Positions 33,481-42,842 of a stretch of DNA of 64,000 nucleotides are shown here, in pieces (position 1 is the stretch's first letter; each line of letters starts with the position of its first letter). The stretch is from contig JBGVTO010000195.1 of assembly GCA_041862635.1 (NCBI GenBank), positions 1,523 to 65,522 of the forward strand, in the 5' to 3' direction. Under the pieces are notes generated by a model that had not been told where the DNA came from, did no database searches, and saw only the letters and a list, made by a program, of their open reading frames with translations. The position numbers were made by a program, and so were the translations under genes. This DNA is from Phycisphaerae bacterium (GTDB lineage: Bacteria; Planctomycetota; Phycisphaerae; Sedimentisphaerales; Anaerobacaceae).

Positions 33481-33858
33481 TTATTTTTGCATAAGATGCC
33501 TGACGACCGAAACAAGAAGTGCTGCGCCCACGACAATAAGTAAAACGGGCACCAGAGGCAGGTTCGGTTTGTAAATTTCCCAGAGGCTACCAATTACGAA
33601 GAGCAAGCCGATAACAATCCAGAATACCTCCAGTTTTAGATTGAAACACTTCCGGGCACCCTGCACTAACAGTGTAATGACCCCGACGCCAAGCAGGCCG
33701 ATGCTTGCATCAAGCTTCATCAGCAGGGCTATTCCGACCCATATCAAGAATAGGCTCCATCCTACTGTAGAAAGCTTATCGGCGAATTTCTGCGCGTCGG
33801 TCTTTTTTGGCTCCTCAACAACAGGTGTACCCGCATCATCAGGTTTTTGGTTTTCCAT
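33481..33858 (-). CDS. small integral membrane protein
   Basis: Strong RBS (taaggaggtttaatcATG) and four hydrophobic segments. Confidence 0.6.
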   Translation of the reverse strand: MENQKPDDAGTPVVEEPKKTDAQKFADKLSTVGWSLFLIWVGIALLMKLDASIGLLGVGVITLLVQGARKCFNLKLEVFWIVIGLLFVIGSLWEIYKPNLPLVPVLLIVVGAALLVSVVRHLMQK

Positions 33859-33948
33859 GATTAAACCTCCTTAGACGTATTTCATTTTTATGCGATTGGG
33901 TGACAATGCTTAGCATTATACACTGCTTCACGGCAATCATATCTTTTT

Positions 33949-35079
33949 CTATTCTATGACGTGTATGTTTTTCTTTTTGCACATGTCCTTTAGAATTTTT
34001 GGCCAGACGGTTGCGCTAACTTCGCCGATGTGCGCCTTCTTCAAGAGAATCATGAACGTACGGGACTGACCTATGCCGCCGCCGATGCTCAGCGGAATCT
34101 CGTTATTCAAGATGGCCTGGTGATATGGGAACTTCAGCATATCGAGCTGGCCAGAAAGCTCTAATTGTTTTTTGAGCGTTTCGGCGTTGACGCGGATGCC
34201 CATAGATGTCAGCTCGTGCCGGCGCTTCGTTACAGGGTTCCAGACGAGAATGTCACCGTTAATGCCGTGCCTTGTCCGACCGTCCTCAGATATTGTCTCT
34301 GTTACCCAATCGTCATAGTCGGCGGCGCGCATTTCGTGCGGGTAGCCGTCCTCGAGGACCGAGCCGATGCCGATGATGAAAATGGCGGGGTACTCCTGCA
34401 CGATTACCGTCTCCCGCTGCTTACGCGGCAGGTTTGGGTATTTTTCGAGTATCTCTTCGGCGTGGATGAAGGTCAGCTCGTCGGGCAGGTCGGGGTATTT
34501 ATCGGTTTTCAATTGAGGGAAAAGCTCCTGGACGTGGACCTCGGCGCCTTTGATGACCTTCCATATCTTCTCTACCACTTCTCGCAGAAGTTTCAGGTTG
34601 CGCTGCTCGGCTGTAATGGCCAGCTCCCAGTCCCACTGGTCAACATAGGCACTGTGGTCGTGGTCGAGGAAGTAGTCCTTGCGTACGGCACGCATATCGG
34701 TAAGCAGGCCCTCGCCAACCTTCATATCGAACTGCTTGAGGGCCATGCGTTTCCACTTGGTGGCAGCCTGGACAACCTGGGCATCTATCGGATTCTTGTC
34801 GTGGTCGTTGGAGATATGGAACCCGATCGGAGTCCGTGAGCCGTCGCGGTCGAGCATATCGTTGACGCCACTCTCAACGTCCACGATAAGAGGGACGGTC
34901 ACGCGAATGAGATTTAGTTCCTTGCAGAGATTTTCCTCAATGTAGTCTTTGGCGGCATAGGTGGCAATCTGTGTCTCCTTGGGGTTCAATAAAGAGCTGT
35001 AATCCTGTGGAAGGGTTTTCTCTAATTCAGCATAGTCGCCGATGCCCGGCCCGGCCAAATCCGCTTTTTTGTCTGTCAC
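33949..35079 (-). CDS. asnA: aspartate--ammonia ligase (asparagine synthetase A)
   Basis: Blocks YVDQWDWE, GDILVWNPV, SMGIRV and IGGGIGQSR match E. coli AsnA. Confidence 0.9.
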   Translation of the reverse strand: MTDKKADLAGPGIGDYAELEKTLPQDYSSLLNPKETQIATYAAKDYIEENLCKELNLIRVTVPLIVDVESGVNDMLDRDGSRTPIGFHISNDHDKNPIDAQVVQAATKWKRMALKQFDMKVGEGLLTDMRAVRKDYFLDHDHSAYVDQWDWELAITAEQRNLKLLREVVEKIWKVIKGAEVHVQELFPQLKTDKYPDLPDELTFIHAEEILEKYPNLPRKQRETVIVQEYPAIFIIGIGSVLEDGYPHEMRAADYDDWVTETISEDGRTRHGINGDILVWNPVTKRRHELTSMGIRVNAETLKKQLELSGQLDMLKFPYHQAILNNEIPLSIGGGIGQSRTFMILLKKAHIGEVSATVWPKILKDMCKKKNIHVIE

Positions 35080-35214
35080 TTTGTTTTCTCCTAAATATTT
35101 TTATATGGTTACTTTCTAAAACTGTAGCTTTTCATCACTTAAGCGTGCAAATAATAGTGAAGGTGGTGATGGTTTTCAAGGCTATTTCTAAAAAATCGTC
35201 GAAGTAAAATTGAA

Positions 35215-36159
35215 TTACGTGTTTTTTCTTAGCCAGGCAGCAAAATTTTTCAAACCGAGCTGGATGGTTGTTGAAGGGTTGTAGCCGAGCTCTTTGGCAG
35301 CTTTGCTTATATCGGCATATGTGCGTTCGACGTCACCCGGCTGAGGGGGCTGATATTCCTTGACCGCTTTTTTACCAAGCGCGTTCTCGATTTCACTGAC
35401 CAAATCGTTGACTGTTATCGGTTTTGATTCACCGAGATTATAGATATTAAAGCCTTCGCATTTGTCCATTGCCGCGATTGTGCCATCAATTATGTCGTCG
35501 ATATAAGTAAAGTCGCGCATCATAGTGCCGTCGCCGTAAATGGGTATGGGTTTGTTCTGCTCGATGAGTTTTGAGAATTTGTGGATGGCCAAATCCGGCC
35601 TTTGCCGCGGACCATACACAGTGAAAAAACGAAGGCAGGTTATATCAATCCCGGAAAGGTGATGATACGTATGGCAGATAAGTTCGCCGGCTTTTTTGGT
35701 GGCGGCATAAGGCGAAATTGGGAAATCAACATTATCTTCTTCCGAGAAGGGGACTTTTTCATTATTGCCATAAACGCTGGAGCTTGAGCCGAAGATGAAT
35801 TTGCCGACTTTATATTTTTTAGCTGCCTCGAGCAAGACCATTGTTCCATTGACATTAACGTCGGCGTAAAGCAACGGCTGGGCGATCGATGGGCGAACGC
35901 CGGCCAGGGCTGCCAAATGGACAATTATTTCGACGCCGTCGCCGACCGTTTTATCCATAGCTGCACCGTCACGGACGTCGGCTTCGATAAGCTGGAAATT
36001 TTTGTCTTGAAGGCAGTCGCTGATATTCCCGCGTTTAATCTGAGGGTCGTAAAAATCATCGAAATTGTCAACCCCGACGACCGTCCAGCCATCGTCAAGA
36101 AGGCGTTCGCTTAGGTGTGAACCGATGAAACCAGCGGCTCCCGTGATCAATACCTTCAT
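35215..36159 (-). CDS. NAD-dependent nucleotide-sugar epimerase/dehydratase (UDP-glucuronate 4-epimerase-like)
   Basis: MKVLITGAAGFIGSHL Rossmann motif and YAATK catalytic YxxxK. Start set to the internal ATG at 36159. Confidence 0.9.
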   Translation of the reverse strand: MKVLITGAAGFIGSHLSERLLDDGWTVVGVDNFDDFYDPQIKRGNISDCLQDKNFQLIEADVRDGAAMDKTVGDGVEIIVHLAALAGVRPSIAQPLLYADVNVNGTMVLLEAAKKYKVGKFIFGSSSSVYGNNEKVPFSEEDNVDFPISPYAATKKAGELICHTYHHLSGIDITCLRFFTVYGPRQRPDLAIHKFSKLIEQNKPIPIYGDGTMMRDFTYIDDIIDGTIAAMDKCEGFNIYNLGESKPITVNDLVSEIENALGKKAVKEYQPPQPGDVERTYADISKAAKELGYNPSTTIQLGLKNFAAWLRKNT

Positions 36160-36184
36160 ATCACGTCTCACGTTTCTTTCGTTC

Positions 36185-36550
36185 TTATGCGGAAAAGATA
36201 ATTATTAATCCTACGGCCAGGACGATTACAGCGATGACCCGAAAAATTAGAACCGGCTGCTTTTGGTACCACTCGAGCATCCGTCTAATCTTTTCAGGCC
36301 CGAGAGCAAATATCAAGAGGCCTCCTATTATAAAAAGGAGCCCAAAAGCAAATATAACCCAGGGGTATTTGCATTCACGAGCACTGGCTAAAAAAACGAT
36401 GGCCAGAGCAAATCTTATCAGTCCGGAAAAGTATATGCGTTTGCCCTTTTTGAAGAATTCCATCAGCCATTTAATAATGTCCGGCCTTAGCAAATACACA
36501 ATTCCGATAATACAGAATAATATGCCTAAACTTTTAATAACAATGTCCAT
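36185..36550 (-). CDS. small integral membrane protein
   Basis: Hydrophobic ORF between ugd and the epimerase gene. Start trimmed to the MDIVIKS ATG to avoid overlap with ugd. Confidence 0.5.
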   Translation of the reverse strand: MDIVIKSLGILFCIIGIVYLLRPDIIKWLMEFFKKGKRIYFSGLIRFALAIVFLASARECKYPWVIFAFGLLFIIGGLLIFALGPEKIRRMLEWYQKQPVLIFRVIAVIVLAVGLIIIFSA

Positions 36551-36590
36551 AATTTTATCCTTTATTTTAGACCCAAGACAAAAGACATTT

Positions 36591-37898
36591 TCAAACGTGT
36601 GCCCTTCCGATACTGTGATATTCAATTCCAGCCTGTTTAACTACGTCGGGTTCGTAGAGGTTTCTGCCGTCGAAGATAACGGGGTTTTTTAGTTTCGCTG
36701 TGATAAGCCCGAAGTCTGGATTTCGGAATTCCTGCCAATCGGTGAAGATAACAAGTCCATCAGCATTCTCAAGTGCATCGTATCCATTTTGGAAGGTTTC
36801 GATATTGTCATCCAGGGCCGCCATCCCCGCAGAGTTTGCCTCAGGGTCATAGGCCCTTATCTTCATTTTGCAATCGAGGAGCTTTTTTATACAGTAAATT
36901 GCAGGGGATTCTCTTACGTCATCGGTTTTTGCCTTAAACGCCAATCCCCAGACGGCCAATGTGATTTGGTCTTCTCGGCCGGTGAAATAATCGATAACCC
37001 GTTTTGCAAATCGCTCCTGCTGATGTATATTTACCTGCTGGACAGCCTTGGCTATCGTCATTTCAACGCCGTTCACAGAACCCGTATGAATCAATGCCCG
37101 AACGTCTTTCGGGAAGCAGCTGCCGCCGAAACCGACACCGGGAAACAGAAAAGACGAGCCAATTCTTGAATCACTGCCGAGACCCCACCTTACCCGTTCG
37201 ATATCAGCACCGAGTTTCTCACACAGTACCGAGATTTCATTCATAAATGAGATTCTCGTTGCCAGCATCGTATTGGCTGCGTATTTTGTCATTTCGGCAG
37301 AGGCAGGGTCCATAAATAGTATTCGGCTGCTCTTGCGCATAAACGGGCTGTACAATTGTTTCATTATTTTTTGAACTTCCGGATTGGTCGTCCCGATGAT
37401 TATCCTGTCGGGACGCATAAAATCTTCAACGGCGGCGCCTTCTTTCAAAAACTCCGGATTGCTGACATAATCGAATGGCGTTTTGGTCTTCGATTTCATA
37501 ATGTCCGTCACCTTCTTATGTGTACCTACCGGCACAGTGCTTTTCGTTGCAATGATGCGATAGTCGCTGAGGTTTTCGGCGATATCGACGGCTACTGAAA
37601 GGATTGCCGATATGTCGGCCGAGCCATCCTCTGCCGACGGCGTCCCGACCGCAAGAAAAATAATAAGCGAATTGTCAACGCCATATTGTAAATCGGTCGT
37701 AAAGTGTAGTCGGCCGAGCTTCTCGTTGTGTTTGACAATTTCGGTCAGGCCCGGCTCATAAATAGGTACCACCCCATCTTTCAAACGGGCAATTTTCTCT
37801 CCGTCGTTGTCCACACACACAACATCGTTGCCGGCCTCTGCCAGGCACCCCGCTGTTACCAATCCGACATAACCAATACCAACCACACAAATCTGCAT
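36591..37898 (-). CDS. ugd: UDP-glucose 6-dehydrogenase
   Basis: MQICVVGIGYVGLV N-terminus and GGSCFPKD active-site motif. 435 aa. Confidence 0.95.
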   Translation of the reverse strand: MQICVVGIGYVGLVTAGCLAEAGNDVVCVDNDGEKIARLKDGVVPIYEPGLTEIVKHNEKLGRLHFTTDLQYGVDNSLIIFLAVGTPSAEDGSADISAILSVAVDIAENLSDYRIIATKSTVPVGTHKKVTDIMKSKTKTPFDYVSNPEFLKEGAAVEDFMRPDRIIIGTTNPEVQKIMKQLYSPFMRKSSRILFMDPASAEMTKYAANTMLATRISFMNEISVLCEKLGADIERVRWGLGSDSRIGSSFLFPGVGFGGSCFPKDVRALIHTGSVNGVEMTIAKAVQQVNIHQQERFAKRVIDYFTGREDQITLAVWGLAFKAKTDDVRESPAIYCIKKLLDCKMKIRAYDPEANSAGMAALDDNIETFQNGYDALENADGLVIFTDWQEFRNPDFGLITAKLKNPVIFDGRNLYEPDVVKQAGIEYHSIGRAHV

Positions 37899-38020
37899 TT
37901 TATTGGCTCCGACTGTTAGATATATAATTTTACTTTATAAGGATTAGCTTTGTTGCAAAAGCAGAGAATCAAAAAAACCTTTTTTACAAAAAATCCGAAG
38001 CATGAAACAATGTCAAATGT

Positions 38021-38138
38021 CCGAAATTCAAATTGCCAAAACAGTGAGCTTTGAAAATTTGAGCATTTGAATTTTGAATCCTTCGAATCTGCTCAGGACA
38101 GGTTTGTTTCGGATTTAGATATTCGGATTTCGAATTTA
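38021..38138. repeat. word repeats (CCGAAATTCAAAT / TTCGGATTT / CGAATTT) in the leader between the NusG paralog and ugd
   Basis: 10-bp inverted repeat AAATTCAAAT (38024-33) / ATTTGAATTT (38065-74). TCGGATTT appears twice at 38109-38129. Confidence 0.6.
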
Positions 38139-38209
38139 GCATAATTGACATTACATTCTATATGTCAAGATATTATGATAGCCTAATAAATCTAAGCAGC
38201 GCTGTAGTA

Positions 38210-38758
38210 TTAATCAATGACTTCTATCATATCGATATCTATCTCAACGCTCGCGGCTTGGCCGAGTATATCTACCTGCAACACGAGGCGTGTAGCGCCC
38301 CGCGTTGTGACCACAATACCCTCCAGGCCAATTAGAGGCCCTGCTATAACTCGGCATCGTTCCCCAGCCTTGATGTACTTATGTGGTAACAGGGGAGCAC
38401 CGGTTTGAAGGGCATGGGCTATTTGGACTAATTCGTCGAGTAATTTCTCCTGGTCGTGCACTTCGATGAGGTTCGCAACACGATTTGTTTTCAATAGTTC
38501 AATCCGCTGGTTCTCCTGGCCGCAGAAGAACAAATACCCGCTGAACAAAGGCAGGAACGAGCGTATCTTTCTGCGGCTTCGACGTCGAACCTTCCAGCTC
38601 ATTGGTAGAAAGTAACTGATATTTTTGCTGATTAAATCATGCGCCAGCGCCTTTTCGTTCCTGCTTCTCGTATGGGCCACCCACCATTGACCGGCAAAAT
38701 CACGAATCGATTCTACCTGAGGCCAGATGATTGGGGGATTTTCGCTTACTTTCAGCAT
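38210..38758 (-). CDS. NusG-paralog transcription antiterminator (UpxY/RfaH/LoaP-like)
   Basis: NGN-like N-terminus (WWVAHTRSRNEK.A...L....I..FLP). C-terminal KOW motif (G..V.V..GP..G.EG.VV). Confidence 0.8.
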   Translation of the reverse strand: MLKVSENPPIIWPQVESIRDFAGQWWVAHTRSRNEKALAHDLISKNISYFLPMSWKVRRRSRRKIRSFLPLFSGYLFFCGQENQRIELLKTNRVANLIEVHDQEKLLDELVQIAHALQTGAPLLPHKYIKAGERCRVIAGPLIGLEGIVVTTRGATRLVLQVDILGQAASVEIDIDMIEVID

Positions 38759-38767
38759 TCTATCGTC

Positions 38768-39874
38768 CTAACTGATTCCGTAGAATTTAAGCACAGTGTT
38801 GGCTACATATTCAATCTGGTCCGGTACAAGTTCAGGATAAATCGGCAGTGACAAAACCTCATCACAAAGCCGCTCGGCAATCGGCAAATCGCCCGGCTTG
38901 TATCCAAGGTCACTGAAGCATTCCTGAAGGTGTAACGGCTTTGGATAAAATATCGCTGAACCGATGTTGTTTTCAGCCAAGAATTTTTGCAGCTTGTCTC
39001 TTTCCGGCACAGTAACAGTGTATTGGTGATAAATACTGACGTTGTTTGCATCGAGCTTTGGTGGTTTGACCGGTGAATCCGCAAAGAGACTGTCATAAAG
39101 GGCGGCGTTGTGCCTTCGTTTTTCGTTCCATCCATCGAGGTATTTGAGCTTGACCGCAAGAACGGCGCCCTGTATGCCATCGAGGCGGAAATTGCCGCCA
39201 ATCATTTTATAGAAGTACCGGGGATTTTGGCCGTGGTCGCGAAGGGTCCTGATTTTCTGCGCAAGGTCTTCTCTATTGGTTGTTACCAAGCCGCCGTCGC
39301 CGAAACCGCCGAGGTTCTTGGCCGGGTAAAATGAAAAGCATCCACAATCACCGAAAGTGCCGCACTTAATGCCGTCTTGGCTCGCACCTATCGCCTGTGC
39401 CGCATCTTCGATAACACCAAGATTGTAACGCCGGGCAATTTCCATTATGGCTTTCATTTGTGCTACCTGTCCAAATAAATGCACCGGAACGATTGCTCGC
39501 GTCTTTTCGGTTATCTTTTCCTCGATAGACGATGGGTCAATATTGTAAGAATCGGGGTCAACATCAACGAAGACCGGTTTTGCACCGAGTCTGACGATAG
39601 AGCCGGCAGTGGCAAAGAAGGTAAAAGGAGTTGTTATGACTTCGTCACCCGCTTTTATTCCCAGAGCCATCAAGCTGACAATCAAAGCATCTGTTCCGCT
39701 CGAAACTCCGATTGCATATTCGCTGTTGCAATATGCGGCTATTTTTTCTTCAAATTCAGCCACAGCGGGACCAAGTGCAAAGGTCTGATTTTCACAAACT
39801 TCACTTATCGCCCGCATCACTTCGTCCTTGATAGCGGCATATTGTGCCTTTAAATCCAGAAGTGGAACCTGCAT
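38768..39874 (-). CDS. DegT/DnrJ/EryC1/StrS-family sugar aminotransferase
   Basis: MQVPLLDLKAQY start, GDEVITTPFTFFAT, and a family-typical C-terminus. Start trimmed to ATG 39874. Confidence 0.9.
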   Translation of the reverse strand: MQVPLLDLKAQYAAIKDEVMRAISEVCENQTFALGPAVAEFEEKIAAYCNSEYAIGVSSGTDALIVSLMALGIKAGDEVITTPFTFFATAGSIVRLGAKPVFVDVDPDSYNIDPSSIEEKITEKTRAIVPVHLFGQVAQMKAIMEIARRYNLGVIEDAAQAIGASQDGIKCGTFGDCGCFSFYPAKNLGGFGDGGLVTTNREDLAQKIRTLRDHGQNPRYFYKMIGGNFRLDGIQGAVLAVKLKYLDGWNEKRRHNAALYDSLFADSPVKPPKLDANNVSIYHQYTVTVPERDKLQKFLAENNIGSAIFYPKPLHLQECFSDLGYKPGDLPIAERLCDEVLSLPIYPELVPDQIEYVANTVLKFYGIS

Positions 39875-40033
39875 TAAAACTCCTTTGAGTGTTGTCTTAC
39901 ACATCTCTTTTTTCGACTCCGGATTTCCAATCAATAATTGAGAATCAGAAACCTGAGAATATTTACCTGCCCAACAATCACTAAACTGTCACTTATTTTT
40001 GGTCGATTAACAAGACCAGAACGTCAGTTTACT

Positions 40034-40089
40034 CCGTTAGAAATCTTTGTCAAGTGCAAGATAGATGCTTTGGCACTTTATTTCTAATG
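40034..40089. repeat. CCGTTAGAAAT-type hairpin in the divergent aminotransferase/ATP-grasp intergenic region
   Basis: CGTTAGAAAT / ATTTCTAATG 10-bp stem (one G-T pair; the flanking C34/T90 do not pair) with an inner AAGTGC/GCACTT stem. Confidence 0.6.
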
Positions 40090-40127
40090 TGAATTAAATA
40101 TTGACTATTCCGCCCCCTCAAATAAAA

Positions 40128-41135
40128 ATGTTGGCAGTGAAAAATCGAAAAACGAAAAATAAAAATAACCTGAACGTCTTATTCACTTGCATCGGCAGAC
40201 GTGTCTCGCTGTTAAATAGCTTTCGCCGAGCGTCCAGACAACTGAAAATAAACGCTACATTTTTCGGTACAGACACAACCGACTTAAGTTCGGCACTGCA
40301 ATTGTGCGACGAAGGCTTTCTGGTTAAGCCGACGACACACCCCCGCTATATCCGGCAATTGCTTTCGATTGTCAAAGCCAACAGGGTAAAACTGCTCGTT
40401 CCCACCGTTGACCTGGACCTGAAAGTCCTGGCCCAGAACAAGCCGAAATTTGCTTCGACGGGATGTCGCGTGCTTGTTTCGGCGCCGGAAGTAGTCGATA
40501 TCTGTCAGGACAAGAGGAAAACGTATCGGTTCTTGGCCAAAAACGGCTTTGATACTGCCCTTACTATGAGTGTTCGTGCTGCACTTTCAAAAAAGAAACT
40601 GAATTGGCCTTGTTTCGTAAAACCCTGGGACGGCTATGCCGGAAGAGGAAACGCCGTCGTTAACAATCGCAGGGAGCTGTTATTCTACGCAAAAAGGATA
40701 CCAAACGCCATCTGCCAGGAGTTCATCAAGGGCACCGAGTATTCGTGTGATGTATATATCGACTTCGGTATGAAGGTTCGCTGTGTCGTTCCTCGAAAAC
40801 GCATCGAGGTAAGGGCCGGCGAGGTGAGCAAGGGACAGGTGGTGAAGAATCCTCGTATTATGAGCGAAGCTGCAATGTTGGCCGAGACCCTCGGCGCCGG
40901 GCCGGGCGTTATCACTTTGCAGTTGTTTCTAACAGATGATAACAAGGTCAAATTCATCGAGATAAATCCGCGATTCGGCGGCGGCGCGCCGCTGTCAATC
41001 AAGGCCGGCGCAAACTTTCCAAAATGGATATTGCAGGAAGCATTATGCAAAAAACCAAATATCCGTTTTGATGACTTCAAAGATGATTTAATTATGCTCC
41101 GCTATGACAGCGAGGTCTGGCTGAAAAATCCTTAA
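40128..41135 (+). CDS. ATP-grasp domain protein
   Basis: ATP-grasp pattern (FVKP..G.(A/G)G.G, E.I.G.EYS.D, INPRFGGG). Divergent from the aminotransferase gene. Confidence 0.75.
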   Translation: MLAVKNRKTKNKNNLNVLFTCIGRRVSLLNSFRRASRQLKINATFFGTDTTDLSSALQLCDEGFLVKPTTHPRYIRQLLSIVKANRVKLLVPTVDLDLKVLAQNKPKFASTGCRVLVSAPEVVDICQDKRKTYRFLAKNGFDTALTMSVRAALSKKKLNWPCFVKPWDGYAGRGNAVVNNRRELLFYAKRIPNAICQEFIKGTEYSCDVYIDFGMKVRCVVPRKRIEVRAGEVSKGQVVKNPRIMSEAAMLAETLGAGPGVITLQLFLTDDNKVKFIEINPRFGGGAPLSIKAGANFPKWILQEALCKKPNIRFDDFKDDLIMLRYDSEVWLKNP

Positions 41136-41151
41136 TATACACAGGGACTTC

Positions 41152-42624
41152 TTAATCGACTATTTTCCAGACAATTCCCTTACCCTTATGTCCGGCTATC
41201 GGTGAGACGGCATAAACATCTCCTTCCGACAACCATTGCTCTATGGTCTTTTCACTCAATAACGGCACACCTTCACTGCCTGCGTATTCGGATATGATTT
41301 TGATATCTGCCCTCTTTCCCTTAACTTCCTGCATATACAGCAGTGGATAAACCATCGTATTGTCGGCATAAGCAACTGCGTCAGGCTCGAGCTTTTCAAA
41401 TACTTCTTCGGCGAATTTTTCCGCCCCGCTGTAACCTGCCTTCCACGGCTGTAAAAACCATACATAATCATTACGGCGGGGGACATCTGCCCTGGTGGAA
41501 AGATCGAACTTCTGCTTCTGGGCAACGGCTGGAGCAATAATATAGGTTGGGATTGGCAGCAAGGATAAGATTAAAATCACCAAACACAGAATTTTACTAT
41601 TGTACTGAGCAATAAGCAAATTAACTCCGACACCAATCGGGACCGAAGCTAAGCAATAAAAGGGTATGAAAAATGCGTACCTGTCCGGCACCGTATATCG
41701 AAAAGCAAATACAAAGAAAAGAATCAACAACACCAAAAGTATATTTGCAAAGCTATGAGCTGGAGATATTTTTTTCAGCCCATAAAGACCCACAAAGAAA
41801 AATATGACGTTGGGCGTGGGGAAATTGTACGCAAGAAATATCAAGTTTTCTTTGATAAGGCCGGCTGATAGACTTACATTAAGAACATTACCCTGCCAGC
41901 TTTTGCCAAAAAAAGCTGAGGCTACGGTAGCTGTAAAACTTCCGCTCTGAATAATATTTTTGCCGATAAGGTATCCGTATGGAGCCGCACCGATAATCCA
42001 CAGTACAACAATAATTCCGAATTGCCCTAATCTGATTTGCCTTCGTGCCAATAAAACAATTAAAAATACCAGATAGCAAACCAGTGCAATAACAGCAAAC
42101 ATATGATTGGCGATTGCCAGGCCGTTGAAAAGCCCTAACAAATATAGAAACACCGTCCGTTTTGTCTTAAAATATTGCAGCAGCATTAACAATTCGGCCA
42201 GTAACAGTGCCGTATAGAGGGTATATGTTTCTGCAATAACAGCGTGCCGCCAGAAGGTATGCGATAAGGCCAACGTAGCAGCAGCGATTACGGTGGGCAA
42301 AATCCTGCCCAGCCATAGCCGCAGCAGTAAAAACAGATTTGCAATTGTAAACGCCGCTGCAATGGCTGATATCAGGTTTATCCTGTACGCGAATTCACCC
42401 AGCCGAATATGTTTTACCCCGATGCCGATAATATGATAAAGCGGATGTGAAAGTGCCAGACCGAGCTTGCCTTCAATATCGTTGTGCCTGATTCGGTATT
42501 GATACATCCCGCTGTCCTGCCAGAGCGCCCCCGGCGCACAAGTAGCTACATATAGCCCAGCCGCTATTATAAAGACAGCGATGTAAATGTAACTTGCTTT
42601 AAGATTGTTACCAACTTTGAGCAT
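41152..42624 (-). CDS. polytopic membrane glycosyltransferase-like protein (DUF2723/PMT-like)
   Basis: 490 aa with more than 10 TM segments. N-terminal loop APGALWQDSGMYQYR resembles DUF2723. Confidence 0.55.
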   Translation of the reverse strand: MLKVGNNLKASYIYIAVFIIAAGLYVATCAPGALWQDSGMYQYRIRHNDIEGKLGLALSHPLYHIIGIGVKHIRLGEFAYRINLISAIAAAFTIANLFLLLRLWLGRILPTVIAAATLALSHTFWRHAVIAETYTLYTALLLAELLMLLQYFKTKRTVFLYLLGLFNGLAIANHMFAVIALVCYLVFLIVLLARRQIRLGQFGIIVVLWIIGAAPYGYLIGKNIIQSGSFTATVASAFFGKSWQGNVLNVSLSAGLIKENLIFLAYNFPTPNVIFFFVGLYGLKKISPAHSFANILLVLLILFFVFAFRYTVPDRYAFFIPFYCLASVPIGVGVNLLIAQYNSKILCLVILILSLLPIPTYIIAPAVAQKQKFDLSTRADVPRRNDYVWFLQPWKAGYSGAEKFAEEVFEKLEPDAVAYADNTMVYPLLYMQEVKGKRADIKIISEYAGSEGVPLLSEKTIEQWLSEGDVYAVSPIAGHKGKGIVWKIVD

Positions 42625-42698
42625 TTACCATCTTCGGTTGGCCATTTCCCATTGATTCATTTTCAAGTAGTTATTTTAAAGGCTCTAACGACAAGAAT

Positions 42699-42757
42699 GT
42701 CATTGCGAGGCCCCCGTCTTGCTTTCGCAAGAAAGTAGGGGGCCGTGGCAATTTCTG
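42699..42757 (+). repeat. GTCATTGCGAG-type palindromic element
   Basis: GTCATTGCGAGG-CCCCCGTCTTGCTTTCGCAAGAAAGTAGGGGG-CCGTGGCAATTTCTG. Confidence 0.7.
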
Positions 42758-42808
42758 AGTGTTAAAATGATAAATCTCATTTTGTTAGATGCCCTTAATG
42801 TCTTTTCC

Positions 42809-42842
42809 AATAATCAATAGTCAATAATCAATAATCAATTGA
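42809..42842. repeat. AT-rich heptamer microsatellite (AATAATC/AATAGTC)
   Basis: aataatcaatagtcaataatcaataatcaattga, directly downstream of the manA stop. Confidence 0.7.
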
